From contig CM120643.1 of assembly GCA_051362555.1 (NCBI GenBank), positions 18,542,848 to 18,606,847 on the forward strand: DNA of 64,000 bases, read 5' to 3'. A model generated the notes under the pieces. It searched no databases. It was not told where the DNA came from and saw nothing but the letters and a program-made list of their open reading frames with translations. Shown here in pieces: positions 1 to 13,404 of this stretch (its first letter is position 1; each line of letters starts with the position of its first letter). Source of the stretch: Lingula anatina (taxonomy: Eukaryota > Animalia > Brachiopoda). The position numbers were made by a program, and so were the translations under genes.

Positions 1-807
1 GACTTTTTTGTTTTGGGCCATTGGAAATCCTCTTGAAATTAAAAGCGGATAATTTCACATTTAAGATTACTGTGTAAGAGAGTCAGCATGGATGGAAGAC
101 TTAAGGCTAAATATTTGTACCAATTCTTTTATTCATCGAAAAGGAACATTACTCACTAAACGTGCATTTGCAACAGCCAACAAACTCTTGTTTAAGTACG
201 TGAGAGGGGGTAGCGATTCATAAATAGAGAAGTTATGAACATTTTAACAGGCACATTAAACTTACACGTTTGGCGGTCTTTTTTCTTGCAAAGACAAAAG
301 CCATATATCTCAACGATTAGAATATTCGCCATCTGAATATCAAAGTTTTGTTACCATCACGTTTACAATAAGAACAAAAACTCTTTCTGTGAACATGTAT
401 GTCAGCAATCACTCACTTTTGGCACTGCATAAAAGTTCCAACCCATGGGCATTTGATGTAAATTACAAACTTATCAACAGATTGGAAAAGACTGATGATT
501 GATTGCATAAGCCGCATAGGAGATCATAGGAGTCATACATTATATGATACAGTTGCTGTTGGTATCGCTGTTGGTTATCCGAAAAACTACATTGCTGGGC
601 GATAACAATTATTATATCATAAAAGAATGTGAAAAGTCATCTGTTGTGTACCAGACTTGAAGTCACTAGACCAATTTTTCAGTACGTTTTCATGACACCC
701 ATACATCAACCGCGAAGTTGACAGTATAAGAAGTCTGCCTTCATATATACTGTTTTAAAAAACACAAAAAAAGGACAAACCTGCTAAAAAGAATCAGTCA
801 ATCTCAC

Positions 808-868
808 CTCTTATTCAACTGTGGCTGCTTGCCGGTCCTGTCCGCCTCGCCTCGTCGACAGCACACCT
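808..868 (-). other. Isolated exon-like segment of an unidentified minus-strand gene
   Basis: On the minus strand a strong polypyrimidine tract and acceptor (tccctttcttttcttcgtcAG) precede a GC-rich 61-nt block that ends in AG|GTGAGA. One frame is open (VCCRRGEADRTGKQPQLNK). No partner exons could be linked. Confidence 0.3.
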
Positions 869-2242
869 CTGACGAAGAAAAGAAAGGGACACATTAAAGT
901 CGTGTGACGAACTAATATCAGTCTCGCGTCTCTGTCGTGAGTTGACTACATTATAACTTAAGTAACAATAAAAACACTCATCGGTCGTCCCATCGCGGTG
1001 TGCGGGACGTCACCCATGTGTGAGTGCATTGTTTTAGGGAACGGGCCATGAATATGAATTATATATCTATAGGAGAGGAACGGGAAGACGAAAAGATTTG
1101 GACACTAAGTTTCTATACCGGTCTGCATTGTTCATGTATTGCCACAAAAATTCTTCCACCCATGTCTGTAGGACCTGTGTTTTGCCATTAATGCCAGGAA
1201 TGTGTTTTGTGTATAAAATGAAGAGATTTATAGGAAAGGGGAACTGGACAGATGGCGTCGTGGCCATACATGTATCATTTCTTCTTTTTTTCACGATGGA
1301 TTTTATATATATGAACAAAAGCTTCTTGAAGATAATATAGGGCGATACGCGCTTGTTGGTACCATCGACTAGCAGAAACTCATGTTTAGTTTCTTATGTT
1401 TACTGTTGCCTTACTTTATAAATTGCCCCCAATTATATCTTTATCCTTACTTCACTGATTAGTTTTATTGCAATAGTATATAAACATATATAAGGGCGTT
1501 CAGTCTAAGTCTTTTAGTGATTGGTTAGTTTTAACAATTATCAAGTATAATTGTAATACAAGAACGACATCGATTTTTAGTATGTGCGTATTGCAGTTGT
1601 TTTAATGTTATTTATTTCAACAATAAAGCGTCTTTCCAAACTCAATACACGACTTATATCAGTGTGATTAAACAGTTCCTCAAAAATACTCATAAGAACA
1701 CAAAAAAAAAAAAAAAATAAAATAAAAATAAATAACACTATTTTCATTGTCCGCAATTTCCTCGACCAATTACTGGTAATGGTATAAAGTTCCTAAATTG
1801 TCCGTCAACGTCTATATAGCTGATTTTGGAGTTTATATCACAAGCGACATTTTAATTCCATTTAGATGATACACTGGTTACATTTAACTGCGCCATTTGA
1901 TATAAATACCCTGTTTGCGTGACACGTTAAGTTTTGGTACTATGTTCACTCATTTGTCATCTAGTGACCAGTATGCACCATTCGGCAAACTTCGTGAGAT
2001 TCCGTACCGTATCTTCGAGTGGTGTAAATCAACGGAACAAGCCGAAGTTTTCCGAATGCTGTAATTACTGGCGGCTATTATTGCCATATCTATACATGTG
2101 ACTTTGGCTTTGTTTATGGTCAAATTTTAGAGATGAAAATCAGTCAAGGGCGCTGACAAAAATGAATAGATTACAAGAAGAAAATAAGCCAAGTGTCATG
2201 AAATCTATCACCTAACTGCCCCGAAATGTTTTATTTTTTCTA

Positions 2243-2244
<2 letters not shown>

Positions 2245-2302
<58 letters not shown>
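2245..2302. repeat. Compound (CT)n(GT)n microsatellite
   Basis: Directly visible dinucleotide run. Confidence 0.95.
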
Positions 2303-2304
<2 letters not shown>

Positions 2305-4319
2305 AAAACCGCCCCATGTAACTACTTTGACCACTGGCACGTAGAGCCATGTACTAATATCACTTCTCCAGATAAGATGCGGCTAATCATCGTTATTGTT
2401 TGTGGTCAGGTGCTCGAGCTGGCGGAATAGACGATAGATAGTGTATCATTTAATTGTTTCTTTTTTTTCTTTTAAAAGTTTCTATCTCTTTGTGGTAGTA
2501 GATTTCGCGGCGGGTCTTTCCAAGTAACTAGGGATGACAACATTTCCTAGATTTGGTCTACAAGGGTATAAAACAGTTACACGTATAACAACAGGGGATT
2601 CTTTTATCAAAAATGTGGACATTTCTACCGCCAAACCTACGTGTGTACATGGAACTGAGATCAAGTCACAAGACACAGCACAGCCAGTCACAGTAAAGTG
2701 ACTTCACGCCAGCTCCATAAGCTAATTATTTTCAGTGTTATCGATAAATGAGGGCCAGTTCCAACTGTACATAGATATGTATTACGATTCAATTCAGAGA
2801 GCTTAATATACTGAGTGCAAGTCAACTTAATTTTGCTCTCGTGAATTATCTTTAAATCAGTATCTAGTTACTTCCACAATTTTCTTTTCAATAATTTTTA
2901 CAGCGTTTATTATTCATGCCAAAGTAAAGTGGACTTAAGATTTTCTCCACCAAAATGAATTTTATTTCAATGTTAGGAGAACCTCATTATAAATCGTCCG
3001 AATGTATCCAAGATTTGCCCGTGATCTGAATCAATTATATAACAATGTGAATTATAATGGCGCTGTTATCTGTCAAAACTATATCAGGTGCTATCCATTC
3101 GTGTATGTCTCCGGCGGAACTCACAAAAGCTAAGATAACTCTGAGATGTTCTGATTCCATTATCTGATTTCATTTGATTGTGCATATTCTGAAATCCGGG
3201 TCTTCTTTTCTAACTCAACGTGTGATGTTTTATATATATACCCTAGCTGTTTTCGTAAAATTCAGCGAGATTGAGTTGCGCCCCTTGTAGATCTTATTTA
3301 ACTTGTTAACGATGGTCACGTTTAGAATTTTACAAACAACAGAACAATCGCATTTGTGATTTAAAAGTTTCTTATCCTTCTTTTACATTTGAAGTTAGTA
3401 CATTGTTCTGGTTTTTTGTCTTTTTACCCTTTGAATTTTTAACTAATGTTCAGTAAAGCGGGAAGCTTAACGTAGATATCATTGACTTTTCACTGACAAA
3501 CTTACACCTGTTTTTTTATGAAATCGTAATGAAATGTGTCAGTTATAAGTAATGAATGATAAACCTGACAAGCCTTATGAGCCGATTATGGCTCGAAGGG
3601 GATACGTGAGAAAGTAATACTTTATAAACCATTTACTTACTTTGTCAATGAAATATCTTGTAGTATCCGACCCTATATGAGGGGAGAGTCCCGCAAACCC
3701 CAGCACAGACTGTGGCACTGTATTTACGCAACGGCCAACAAGTTGCGAGTGCCCAAAAATTGAGTGGAAAAGTCTTCAGTGTCAACACCAAGGCCTTGGT
3801 GATACAGGTATTCCAATTCCGTTTATTCCAGGGATTTTTTTCAGCTCATAGAGCAAAAAATAAGCTGCACCAAGATGGCCTTATTTCCTCGACGTTGCGA
3901 CTAAGACATTAATCCCCGGACTGAAACCAGACGCTTACTCCCGCTTGACCGCCACAGTCCGACGTCGCGTTCAAATCTGGCTGGTCGAAAGGAAGACGCG
4001 GTAGCGTGGTTTGTTTTTGATTTATCAGATCATATGTATGACGCGCCGCGGAAATAAAGGTACGTGTATCTGTCACCTTTAGAATTAGATCTGAGTGCGA
4101 TATGCAAATGGCTTATATAAATACGCGCATAGAAAGTCATTAAAAGCAAGCTTAGTCAAAAGTCGTGATCAGGATAATTTGGGGGAGTTAAGACTCTATT
4201 AAAAGAGTCACAGGTGCGTTAGGAAAATGATGGCCTTTGCGTTCTTGCATATTGAAACCAGGGCCAGGGTTTCCCAAAATAATAATAATAATAATAATAA
4301 TATCAACAACAGTCGACTT

Positions 4320-4592
4320 CAGGGGGGTCCTGACCCCCCCCCCCTTCGGTTTCTGAAAAATATATCACACCAATATTCCCCTCATGAAATTAGAATTTTG
4401 ACAAGCTAAATCATAGTTCTAAACCGTACCAAAGGGCACTGTTTGCTCCTCAGAAAACCAAAAAATTTTCGGGGCCCCTGAACAGGCCCCAAACCCCAAA
4501 CTAAGGGGGCGATGGTTGGCTTCGCATCCGAGGTCTGTCATTCCGGACCTCCCCCCCCTTCAAATCTTCAAATAATCCTGGATCCGCCCCTG
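4320..4592. mobile_element. Degenerate GC-rich MITE (CAGGGGCGGATCCAGG-type terminus)
   Basis: The right end reads CCTGGATCCGCCCCTG (4577-4592), with internal G/C runs. The left TIR is eroded and no TSD was found. Confidence 0.4.
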
Positions 4593-5864
4593 TTAACAGT
4601 CTGATTGGTAAATAAGTCAGTCGACAAAATAAATAAAGAGACCAAGCGTGTTTTTCAGTAGTCATACTAGAAAACACCAAACTGTATACGGTCCTTGTTA
4701 CATGTACTCATTCATATGAACCTTTATCAAGGGCCTGACCACATGAAAGACACGTCGTTAACCTGGTACAAGGTGTTTTATATATATAGGCTATATATAT
4801 ATAGTGTATATAGACAATGAGAAATTTAAAATGATATGATTCATACATCATTGACGTCTCGCGTCTTTGTTAGCGTAAAAAACTAACTTCTGATTCCATG
4901 AAAAGCGAACGTGGGCTTGATGCTGAAAATTTAATATTAGTCAACAGGCCCAATATGAGCAAAATGTATCGTAGCATGGCAGTAGACCTTATCGATTTTT
5001 TTTGGTGTGTGTGTGTAAAGAAAGACACCCAATGCTAATTTTTCAGAATAATTTTCACATGGGGGAAACAGGTGTAATAAGAATGGAAGTCCTAGGAATG
5101 GAAGTCCGGGCTCTCGTATGATTAGTAGCCTACAGGTAAGGGTTAACGCATTGGAGTAGGCCCTTTTGGGGTTAGTACATAGACGAATACACCGCCATGC
5201 ACAACAAAAATTTTAAAGGCAAACGCTTTTCTTTCATTTTCCTTCATATGAAATGGAAAAATGACAAATATGAAATGACAAAATAATAAAGAAAACTATT
5301 GTTTTCGTAAGTAGACCCCCCCCCCCCCACCACCACCACCACCACCACACTAAACCCAAAACACAACGACAGGTGAAGCTGGTGTCACATTGCATCATAA
5401 TATTATCACGGCGACCTACAGTAAGAAGGGCTCTCGGAATTAATTTACCTAAGCAAGAAATTCCTTGGTCTGGGTCAAATAAAAGATCATTTTAAAAATG
5501 TACCTATCTATAAATACTAGTAGTACTAGTAGCCTATCTGGGTTAATTAGGCCTTACTTATAGCAAAACACATATATAATTTAGTTTTCGTTTAAGGAAC
5601 GGTGAAAATAAAAGAAAGTTAAAAGCTTTTAAGGTTTATATCATATTATTGCATAAGGTTAAAATGACGTTGATAAAGAAGGGGACGGGAAATCAAAAGT
5701 AATGTCAAAATCTGTTTTATCTCGTTTTCAGTTCCCCCCTCTCTATGGTGCTCTTTCGCCTGTGGAGATCAATAAGAAAACTCAAAGTCAAGGTCGTAAA
5801 TTATGCACGCTGTGTTTTGGACAATTATATTTGAATTATTTTAAATCAAACTGTACTGTTGAAG

Positions 5865-6491
5865 ATGTATTCAAAATTTTCTTTTAGATCATTTAGAAGA
5901 GTTCTGGGTCGTGTAATTGTCACAAGACCGGATAAACTTTGTAAAGTTCGAGTAATCAGAATGCAGCTAGACGGGAAGCTTTTAAGGGTACGTTCAGTTT
6001 TACAAATTACTGATACACGCCAAAACAGTTTAAAGTTAAAATTTAATTAACCACAGCCAGCTAAGGCACAGTACTAATTGATATTTCATTAACCTTACCT
6101 TGCTTCTTGTCTTCAGTATTTCAACAAAAGAGAAGATGTGTGGGTATTGGACAGAGAATTACAGTGCAAAGAAGGGGACATTGTTCTTTATCAACCTATT
6201 AAAAATCAGAAGGAACACGTGAGGGTGCCGTACGCTCCATGGGGGACAAGTAGGGAGATTGCCAAAATTTTGTACAAGGTGGGAGAGACTTTCGACCCAG
6301 TGACAGGAAGAAGATGTTTTGGGACAAAGTATGCAGATGAAGATACTATTAATCCAAATGTCAACTATGAAGATGACCGCCGTGGATACTATCAAGATGA
6401 CACAAGTTACCTTATGAGAAATCAAGCAAAAAAAGTTATTGAAGATTATAAAAAAAAGGACAACACTGAAAAAAAGGGCACTCCAGTTTGA
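5865..6491 (+). CDS. MRPS17: Mitochondrial ribosomal protein S17 (uS17m), 2 coding exons
   Basis: Exons 5865-5987 and 6117-6491 (GT-AG, phase 0) give MYSKFSFRSFRRVLGRVIVTRPDKLCKVRVIRMQLDGKLLR|YFNKREDVWVLDRELQCKEGDIVL...KVGETFDPVTGRRC. This matches the uS17m pattern (KVRV, YFNKR, C..GDIVL, DPVTG). The start codon is uncertain; an upstream exon spliced to 5888 is possible. Confidence 0.88.
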
Positions 6492-8833
6492 TATGACTTT
6501 CAATGTTGATTAATTCAGATTAATTTGTTGGAAATATGATCAGAAAGAATTGTAATGGTCTTTCTGAAATACTGTATAACATGGCAAGGATGCCTTAAAC
6601 TTTATCAACCTGGTTGTTTTCATGAAGTACTGAAGAAGAGGTCAAGTAGGATTACCTAGTTTGTATAAAAAATTATCAAAATGAATTATAACAATCTTTT
6701 CCTCATGTTATGATAGCCATAACCGAGAATATTTTGATGAATAAATAAAGAGAAAGGAATCTGAATTGTTAAAAACATATTTATATGAATCGAGAAAACA
6801 AAGAAAAAAATCAATGAAAATTCAAGTATCTGCTGTTTACTGTGTATCCGTTTGTTGTGATTGCAATGTCTGAAGTGAAAAAATCATTAAGCAATTTCAG
6901 CAAAATGTTTTTCATACACATACTACTTTATTTCTCGAGATTTCATAATACCATTTTTTTCTGTTTAAATTAATTTTGTAAAGCCACCATTAAAAAACTT
7001 GAAATTAAGAAAAACAAAAAAGTTTTTATTTTTATTTTTTTTTGTTATGGTGCATCTGATAGTCCCACTTTAATATGTCAGACTATTGAGTTCAATATGA
7101 TTTACTTTGCTTGCCTAAAATAATTTTCTGACACTGACGTATTAAACCACTTTTGAAAAGTAGCTTTAAGGTTGAAGTTCGTGCAGCTCCTCATTTTACT
7201 CACCACACAATTTTTGCTTTGACCAAGAAATCTGACAGTCACTTGATTTAATAAACTGGAAGGGATACATAGTATGGACATGTATCACATTTTTTATTTT
7301 TAATTCAATATTAAGACATTTAACATTAAATTATCTTACCAACCTCCACATAAGATTTTCAAAAATGAGTTTTCAGCCATTGAACACAATCTTATTTTTC
7401 TAAGCTTGATCTTTGTAACACAATTTTGTACTGATATATCAGAAGTTTACATGATTTGATCATGGTTTTTCAAGTCTTGGGGTCTCAAAATTGCTCTTTG
7501 AATAAATGAGCCTCCACTAACAAAAGAGTGCCACCGGTAAAATTTCACAACTGAAAGTTCGGTTGGAAGTTGTAGTGCGCTCATTTCATGAGTTGAAATG
7601 CGAACTGGCACTTAGACACAGATATTCCTCCTTGATTAGAATAGATGTTTAACAGACCCAACAGCGGAAAACTACAACACACTTTCAGGTCAGTTTCAAA
7701 TTAGTCCATCGAAATGATGCGCATCTGGCTAGCCCCTGCATGGTAACGCCTCCCAACGTGCTGCACGTTTCGAGACACATGTGCGTAAGCCAAGTTTTTG
7801 ATGCGGGCCAGATTCTCCTTTCTTTCGATATATCTGCAAAGTCGTGTTCATACTACCAGTAGTTTGGGGGGGGGGGGGGGGGCGGGGTATGAAACTGAAG
7901 ACGCACGCTGACAGACATCGGGTCTGAAATAAGGGGTCATTTTTTGTGTAACCACATTTACATGTACTAGCTCCGCCTCACTACCTGCCAGGGGTTACTC
8001 CCCCTAATCGATATAAAGTGAGCTAAATAGCACTCGGAGAGCCCAGAAGCAACAAAGCAACAAAGCTTGCATTACTTTTAATGAATTCCCAATTTACTGA
8101 TTATTTACTAAATTATCATAACATTAATTGATTAATTAATTGATGAATCAACCACCACCATAACGTAGTCAATTTTTGACCTGTCATGAAAATATCAAAA
8201 TCCTTCCATAACCTTTTTATAGTGTTGCTTAAAGACAAAGAGACTTTACTACTTGTAATCAATTAATTCACCACCACCAAAATATATTTGTTTCCAAATA
8301 TTACATCAAAATCTATCCACTTTTAGCTTTTAATTCACTATCAACTTTTTTCCTTTATTTTGCTAACAGACAGGCAGACCAATAATTGACGAATATTATA
8401 TTTAAATTGATTGCTGGATCACAACGAAAATCTAATCATTTCTTACTTGGTCCACTCCCAACAGTTACTGAATATTAATTTTTTTATTTAATCATATGTT
8501 ATTAGATGTTGCATTTTTACTAGGGGGACTCTTTCCTGTGGAGAAAGTAGCGATGTGGGGTACTTATTGTGCAATTACAAAAAGGATGTATAATGATGTT
8601 ACTTTGTGTATAGTGGTCCCTGCATGATAACCTAAAAAAAAAAAAAAAAAAAAAAAAATCCACTTTGGCTGCACCCATCTCCTCCCCTTTTAGGCAAAGG
8701 ATTGATACTTATAATTTACCACCTACTTTTTTATTTTATAATTTTATAGCTTGTATCTGGCTTGAAAAAGTGTCCAATTGTATCTGATACACATGAAATC
8801 AAGTGTCAGATTTTTTATTTTTTCCATCATTAG

Positions 8834-11730
8834 ATGAAGACCTTACTGCTAGCAGGAGTAGTGGTAGCTTTAGCTTATGCCACATATTGTTTTCTGGATG
8901 TCCCCATACCCTCAGATTTTCCAGAAACATGGAAAGTGAAGATTATGGATGGCAAGTTGCGCGGTCTTGGAAAACTGGTAATAAATGATAAAGACAATAA
9001 TTTATTTATTTATAGTCTTAAATCTATCAAATGTAAGATACCAGTAGACTTAACAGCATGAAAATATGTACTTGTAAGTAATTCAAGATGAAAATTATAG
9101 ATGGTTAGAAATAAGTACATAATTATCTCTTTCATGCAGACTTTCTTGTTGGTTGATTCACAGGTAATAAAAATGGTCATAGCCCTTATGAAACAAACCT
9201 AAAATGCATGTTTATGAAACAGATATGACTTACATACTTTAAAGAAAAATGTTAAAATCCACATGATATAAACATTGAGCTTTTATAGCTATATAATACT
9301 GCGTTAATTACCATACACACAATTTAATACCCACCTTCTTCAACTTTTACAGGATTCACTGATGATGTTTGTCACAGGTGACAAAGACGTAAGAACTCGT
9401 CCGTGGGCACGTTGGATTCTGAACACTGTATTTAAACTGTTACATACTGGGTTACCATGGATACAAGGGACAGACCAGGATGTGAAGGTACATGTGACAG
9501 AAGAGATGCATCAGGTCATAAGCAGATAAAGTTAAACCACCCACAGTTTCAGAGGTCACTGAGAATCATTTCAGGATGTTGATAATAGATGTGTGTGTGT
9601 CTAATGACCTTTGAAATTCAGGGTTGGAATTAGCTATCAGTCATATGGAGAGTCACATCAGGAAGATCGTAATTTTCAAAAATCAATAAGTAGTTATTAT
9701 GGCCCTTTAACTGTTTCGATATAGTGATCAATTTAGCTGTTGTATAAAAAAGCAAGTCATTCCACAATTTCTGAAAAAATTGCACCAAGTCAAATTGCTC
9801 ATTACAACAAATACTCATCATTCCTAAAGAATGAATTAATATTATTTACCAAAATGTTTTATGCCTTTATATCCAAATAAACTGACTTCAGTTTTTGAAA
9901 AGTTGGTAAGATTGATATCAAAGTGATTACTTATGCCAGTAAGTGATAATGATAAATCTTTTAAAAAATAATTTGAAATAAATGAGGTCTTTGAAATTTG
10001 TGATAATAATCATGGTCGATGACTTTAGGTTTACTACACAACAATGAGAGGTCTACAGGTCTTAACCTTTGAACCCATACAGTCTGAGCACAGAAGGAAG
10101 AGACCTGCTATTGTATATTTCCACGGAGGAGGATTTGCCTTATTATCAGAAGGTTTGTGTATTATATGTTTTAGGTACACAATGTTTGACACTATACCTG
10201 TAGACCATCCAAAGTTTATGTTTTCCTGGAAATGTCAGTACTTTTCATAATTACCAAGGAGCACATACTGTATTTGTTGACAAATAAACTATAAACCCAT
10301 TTTTTATTCTCAAGTTTCTGATATATGCCAGTTCTGTTCACATATCAAGAGCATTTTAGACATTCTGTAGTCTGTAACAAATTATTGACTTGTCACAACA
10401 TCATGGTCTTATTTAATTTTTTCACTACGTACAATAACTTAAAGGATATACTTCAGTGATTTTTTGTTCATTTCAAAAAAAATAATTATGTATATGAAAT
10501 GTTATTGCTGACTTAAAGTAAATAAGAAACATATTTCATAATTTATTTCAGAGTTTGCTGCACCAACTCTGAGAATACTTGCCAAAGAGCTTGGTGCAAT
10601 GGTGTTTTCAGTAAGGTAAGTGTAATGAAGCCACAGTTTGTAATACAGTCCAGCATCATTGTTAAACAACACAGCAGTGATTGTGGGCACTTTTTCTGTT
10701 TTGTAATTTGGGTTGGGGGTGGGGGGCTTTCTCTAGGTCAGTAAAAAATGCTAATCATTTGTTTGCATTTTTGTTGGAAAGTACATTTATTTTGTGCAGT
10801 CATGAATTTACCTCTGAATTCATTTGCATGCATCCCACCCCCCACCCCCCCCTCAAAAAAAATTAATAAATAAATAAATTATAGAAATAAATAAATAAAT
10901 AAATAAATGAAAATAAAAAAAAATGATTACCACTTTTTATTTACATTTCCAGTTATCGAATGGCACCAGAACACCCCTTTCCTGCAGCCTATGCTGACTG
11001 TCTTTCAGTCACTCGATACATTATTGACAACAGCGACAAGTTTGACATTGACAGCAGCAGGGTGGCTGTAGCAGGGGACAGTGCAGGGGGCAACCTGGCT
11101 GCAGCAGTGGCATTAACACTGAAGCAACAGTTGAAGATGCAGATCCTTATGTACCCCATGCTTCAGGCCTTGGATTTCCAGTTGCCATCATACAAAGAGA
11201 ATTCAAAGTACTTTCAGGGTTTCATAAATCAAAGGGTGCTGGCATTCTCTTTCCTTCGATATGCAGGTCTTCCTCTTAATTACACTGATGCACTGCTCAT
11301 TAATAATCATACATCACCAAAACTGAAGAAGTCCAAGTATGCAAGTTACGTTGACCCCAAACTTAATATCCCAGAGCATCTAGCAACTGTTTCAACAAAA
11401 AAGTATGTGGTTGAAACTAGTAGGGGTGATGAAAATCTTTCAAAGGAAATTAAAAAGATTTTTACTAACCCTTTATTTGCACCATTGATGGCAGACGATG
11501 AGGCCTTAGCTCAGGTGGCACCAGCATACATCATAACAGCAAAGTATGATCCTCTACAGAATGATGGCATTATGTATGCTCACAGACTTTCTAAAAATGG
11601 CGTCATGATTAAACTTCATGATTACCCAGCATTCCATGTATTCTTGCAGTTCAGTGGCGGTCCATTTAAATTAGAAATTGCTGAGAGAGCAGTAAAAGAC
11701 CTGGTTACATTTTTAACGGATCACCTATAA
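8834..11730 (+). CDS. Arylacetamide deacetylase / neutral cholesterol ester hydrolase (AADAC/NCEH1)-like GDXG lipase, 5 exons
   Basis: Exons 8834-8977, 9353-9487, 10029-10152, 10552-10615 and 10953-11730 are phase-consistent. Motifs: N-terminal hydrophobic anchor (MKTLLLAGVVVALAY), HGGG oxyanion motif, YRMAPEHPFPAAY, GDSAGG nucleophile elbow, catalytic Asp (YDPLQND) and His (AFHVF). Confidence 0.93.
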
Positions 11731-12154
11731 AAAAAAGTAATGGGAATCAGCTGACATAGCCCACTCTCATAACATTGCATAAAATCAAGCAAGAATTTGT
11801 GGGATTTGGAGAAGTGGATTCAAAAATAAAGGCATATCTTCACTTGCAATGCAAGGAATAAATATAAGCTGACATGATTTATACACAAATATTTTTCTGG
11901 TTGTTTTCTCCCAAGTTCTGTAGAATGGTAGATTAATAAAAGACAGACAAAATGATACCTCATCTGGCAGCCCAGACAGAAGTGGTGTTTTTGTGATCTC
12001 AGCGTAATCATTCCTTTTTTTCCTATATTTATATATAATACCTAGGAATTACAATGGCTCAAAAAGCTTAGTGTGTATTTCCCTTTGCATGTTACTGTTG
12101 ACAAATGTATCATTTTAAGACGGTGAAACAACTTATCTGTATAGATAATTTTTA

Positions 12155-12398
12155 GGTCTTGCAGTGTACCTCAGATATACAGGTCTTGCAGTGTACCTCA
12201 GATATACAGGTCTTGCAGTGTACCTCAGATATACAGTCTTGCAGTGTACCTTAGATATACAGGTCTTGTAGTGTACCTCAGATATACAGGTCTTGCAGTG
12301 TACCTCAGGTATACAGGTCTTGCAGTGTACCTCAGATATACAGGTCTTGTAGTGTACCTCAGGTATACAGGTCTCGTAGTGTACCTCAGGTATACAGG
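12155..12398. repeat. 27-bp minisatellite, ~9 copies
   Basis: Unit GGTCTTGCAGTGTACCTCAGATATACA repeated head-to-tail with few substitutions, downstream of the esterase stop codon. It explains the periodic ORFs at 12133-12441 and 12225-12431. Confidence 0.95.
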
Positions 12399-13404
12399 CA
12401 GCAGATAGGACTGTACATATTTTTTTTGCAAAGATTTTCATCTAGCCAAAATGAAATGGACTCCTCTAGTATTATGAAAGTATTAAAAATATTGCCATTT
12501 ACAAACTATTAATTTTATGTTAAATATTTCCAATGATGTAAAATCATGCTGTGATATAAAGGGTTTTTGCATTAAAGATAATTCCATGTTGTCTTTTCAA
12601 ATATACATCTATACATATACTGTTTAGATATCATGGGAGAAAGTATTAAATTTATATCATTTAATTACTAATATGTATTTAAAAAAATAAACCTGTTATA
12701 TTTGTTTTGTTAGCTTGATTTGTAAAGAATTGTTTTGTTTGCCAATGTTAAATAAAATGGGTAAATAAGTGATATGCCAAGCAAGTCTTCATCAGTTCTT
12801 GTTAAAAGACATTAAATATTTTCATCATTTCTTTTATTCCAAAAAAAAAAAAAAAAAAAATTAACAGAATAAAACAAAGACATTAAAATTTTGTTTATTT
12901 TAATAATAGTCTCCAATCATAACAAACCATGATAAATTGTTGACTGGAACATTCTCACTGCTGGTTTCAAGTAAATGATGTTTGTTTTAATAACTATGAG
13001 ACAAAACTACGTTTAACTTACCATTTCTGCACATGTATGAAGTGATACAGTAGAGTCCTCATAACTTGTCACCTTGTAACTCAAATGATCAATATCTTAA
13101 ACAAATTTTGTGTAGCAATTTTTAATATTAAATGAAACTTCTGAACACCACCGTAGTCAAATCTTTGTGAAACTCCAATACATTTTCCAATCCCAAAAGA
13201 CTGAATTTTGTGAGTCTTTATTTTGTGTCTGCAGCAAAAAGAGCCATGTGGAGAAATAACATACAACCCTATGGGTAAACTTGGGAAGAAATCCTGCCAA
13301 TATTTTGTCCTTCTCTGCCAATGTGTATCAGTTAATATAGCCTTTTGTCTCTTCATCAAAGTCACTGTTTTTCACAAACCTAAACCTAAAGTCATTTCTT
13401 TATT

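Noticed and set aside
12133-12441. Repetitive ORFs (CIPEVHYKT / PVYLRYTAR)n
   Set aside because: Artefact of a 27-bp minisatellite (a multiple of 3). There are no unique spacers, so it is not CRISPR-like either.
13081-13365. 94-aa minus-strand ORF
   Set aside because: Lies downstream of the MRPL52 stop (probable 3' UTR), has a non-ATG start and no recognisable motif.
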